Virus record (IMG/VR): IMGVR_UViG_3300045241_000115
Span: 1-64,000 of that record
Length of the DNA: 64,000 bases
Strand: one strand, 5' to 3'
Origin: a virus
Position numbers and translations under genes: made by a program. Below are positions 63,131 to 64,000 of this stretch, piece by piece; within the stretch, counting starts at the first letter, position 1; every line of letters begins with the position of its first letter. Under the pieces are notes generated by a model, which was not told the DNA's origin, searched no databases, and saw nothing but the letters and a program-made list of their open reading frames with translations.

Positions 63131-64000
63131 ATGGCGAGAGAGTTTCTCACGTTGAAGCAATTGCGCGAGAGGACCTGGAAGAACCAAGACGAGGCTATTC
63201 TGGATCTGAAACGCGCGGGGCTGAAGCCGGTCGGCACCGACTATGTGCTGGGCGAGCATACGCCCGGCAGCAAGGTCTGGCAGTTGCTGGACCGCACGGA
63301 CGCCGATGGTTCGCAAGAGCCGCCGACGGCCAAGCCGGCGAAGGCCGCGAAGGCTCCCAAGAAGACGGCCAAGTCCGAACATCCGGGTGACGCCGACATG
63401 AAAGCCAAGGCCGCGAAGGCGACCGGCTATGACGTTCACTTCCGAGTCAGTCCGACCAAGAAGTTGAACGAGCAGGCCGACACGTTGGAGGCGGCCCGTG
63501 CGATCGCCGCGCGCATGAATGCCGAACACGGCAAGAATGGGCGACGTGCGATGATCTACGCGCGACAGGCGAAGGGTCCGTCCATCCCGATCACAGGCGA
63601 CGATCCGCCTGTGACGAAGGTGGCGGAGAAGGTGAAGGGCGCGAAGGCGAAGCCCGCCGATGCGCCGGAGCCGGAGCCTGCGCCGGAGCCTGCGAAGCCT
63701 GCCGAGCCGGCCAACGACATGACGCCGTTGCCGGCGGCCAACGGGCCGTACAACTTCCGTCTCGATCAGCCGCCGGCGCAGCATTCGCTGTTGCCGACGG
63801 CGCTCGAATGGTCGCGCAAGACCGGCTTCGTCGTGGCGATCATCGACAAGGCCGGCAACGTCGTGCGCAAGATCGACGGCCGGCTGGGCGGCAAACGTCC
63901 TACGCGCACGGCGACGCGCGTGGCAACGCGCACCCCCCGCGCACCGCAGGGCGAGGGCAAGATGGCCACCGCCACGCGGCTGCTGATGCGTCCCGAGGGC
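63131..64000 (+). CDS. Lys/Ala/Pro-rich protein; runs off the right edge
   Basis: Manual translation MAREFLTLKQ..; ends KMATATRLLMRPEG (DUF3489-like start); conserved RBS. Confidence 0.7.
   Translation, partial: MAREFLTLKQLRERTWKNQDEAILDLKRAGLKPVGTDYVLGEHTPGSKVWQLLDRTDADGSQEPPTAKPAKAAKAPKKTAKSEHPGDADMKAKAAKATGYDVHFRVSPTKKLNEQADTLEAARAIAARMNAEHGKNGRRAMIYARQAKGPSIPITGDDPPVTKVAEKVKGAKAKPADAPEPEPAPEPAKPAEPANDMTPLPAANGPYNFRLDQPPAQHSLLPTALEWSRKTGFVVAIIDKAGNVVRKIDGRLGGKRPTRTATRVATRTPRAPQGEGKMATATRLLMRPEG

Noticed and set aside
1-64000. Genome-wide TGA reassignment as the explanation for the in-frame TGA at 15849
   Set aside because: Many genes clearly end in TGA, with ATGA or TGATG coupling to the next gene.

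Overview
The window is most of the genome of a GC-rich, probably temperate, contractile-tailed phage. The host is likely an alphaproteobacterium, inferred from two GcrA-like genes and one GapR-like gene. Layout: (1) 1-8.3 kb, minus strand: replication initiator with iterons, MT-A70 methyltransferase, ParB-DUF5131 radical SAM plus a TcmP-like partner, GcrA-like, RuvC-like and Cro-like genes. (2) 8.3-16.7 kb, plus strand: CI-like repressor, Gp157, ERF, ParB, then small accessory genes separated by recombination-site-like repeats. (3) 16.7-60 kb, minus strand: ParB/ABC-GNAT, terminases, DUF1073 portal, MuF, DUF2213, DUF2184 capsid, three fibres with S74 chaperone domains, DUF3383 sheath, DUF3277 tube, tape measure, baseplate and lysis genes. 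(4) 60-64 kb, plus strand: early-like small genes. Main observations: four hammerhead ribozymes separate consecutive early genes, and one masks the RBS; a gene with an in-frame UGA followed by a SECIS-like hairpin is a selenoprotein candidate; a small antisense gene carries a near-copy of major capsid residues 110-133 plus an amphipathic tail; and DUF2213 is fused to a topoisomerase IB and an ADP-ribosyltransferase through repeated EHPR-GEFT linkers. All family assignments come from motif recognition by eye, not database searches. No integrase, tRNA, rRNA or CRISPR array was recognised.
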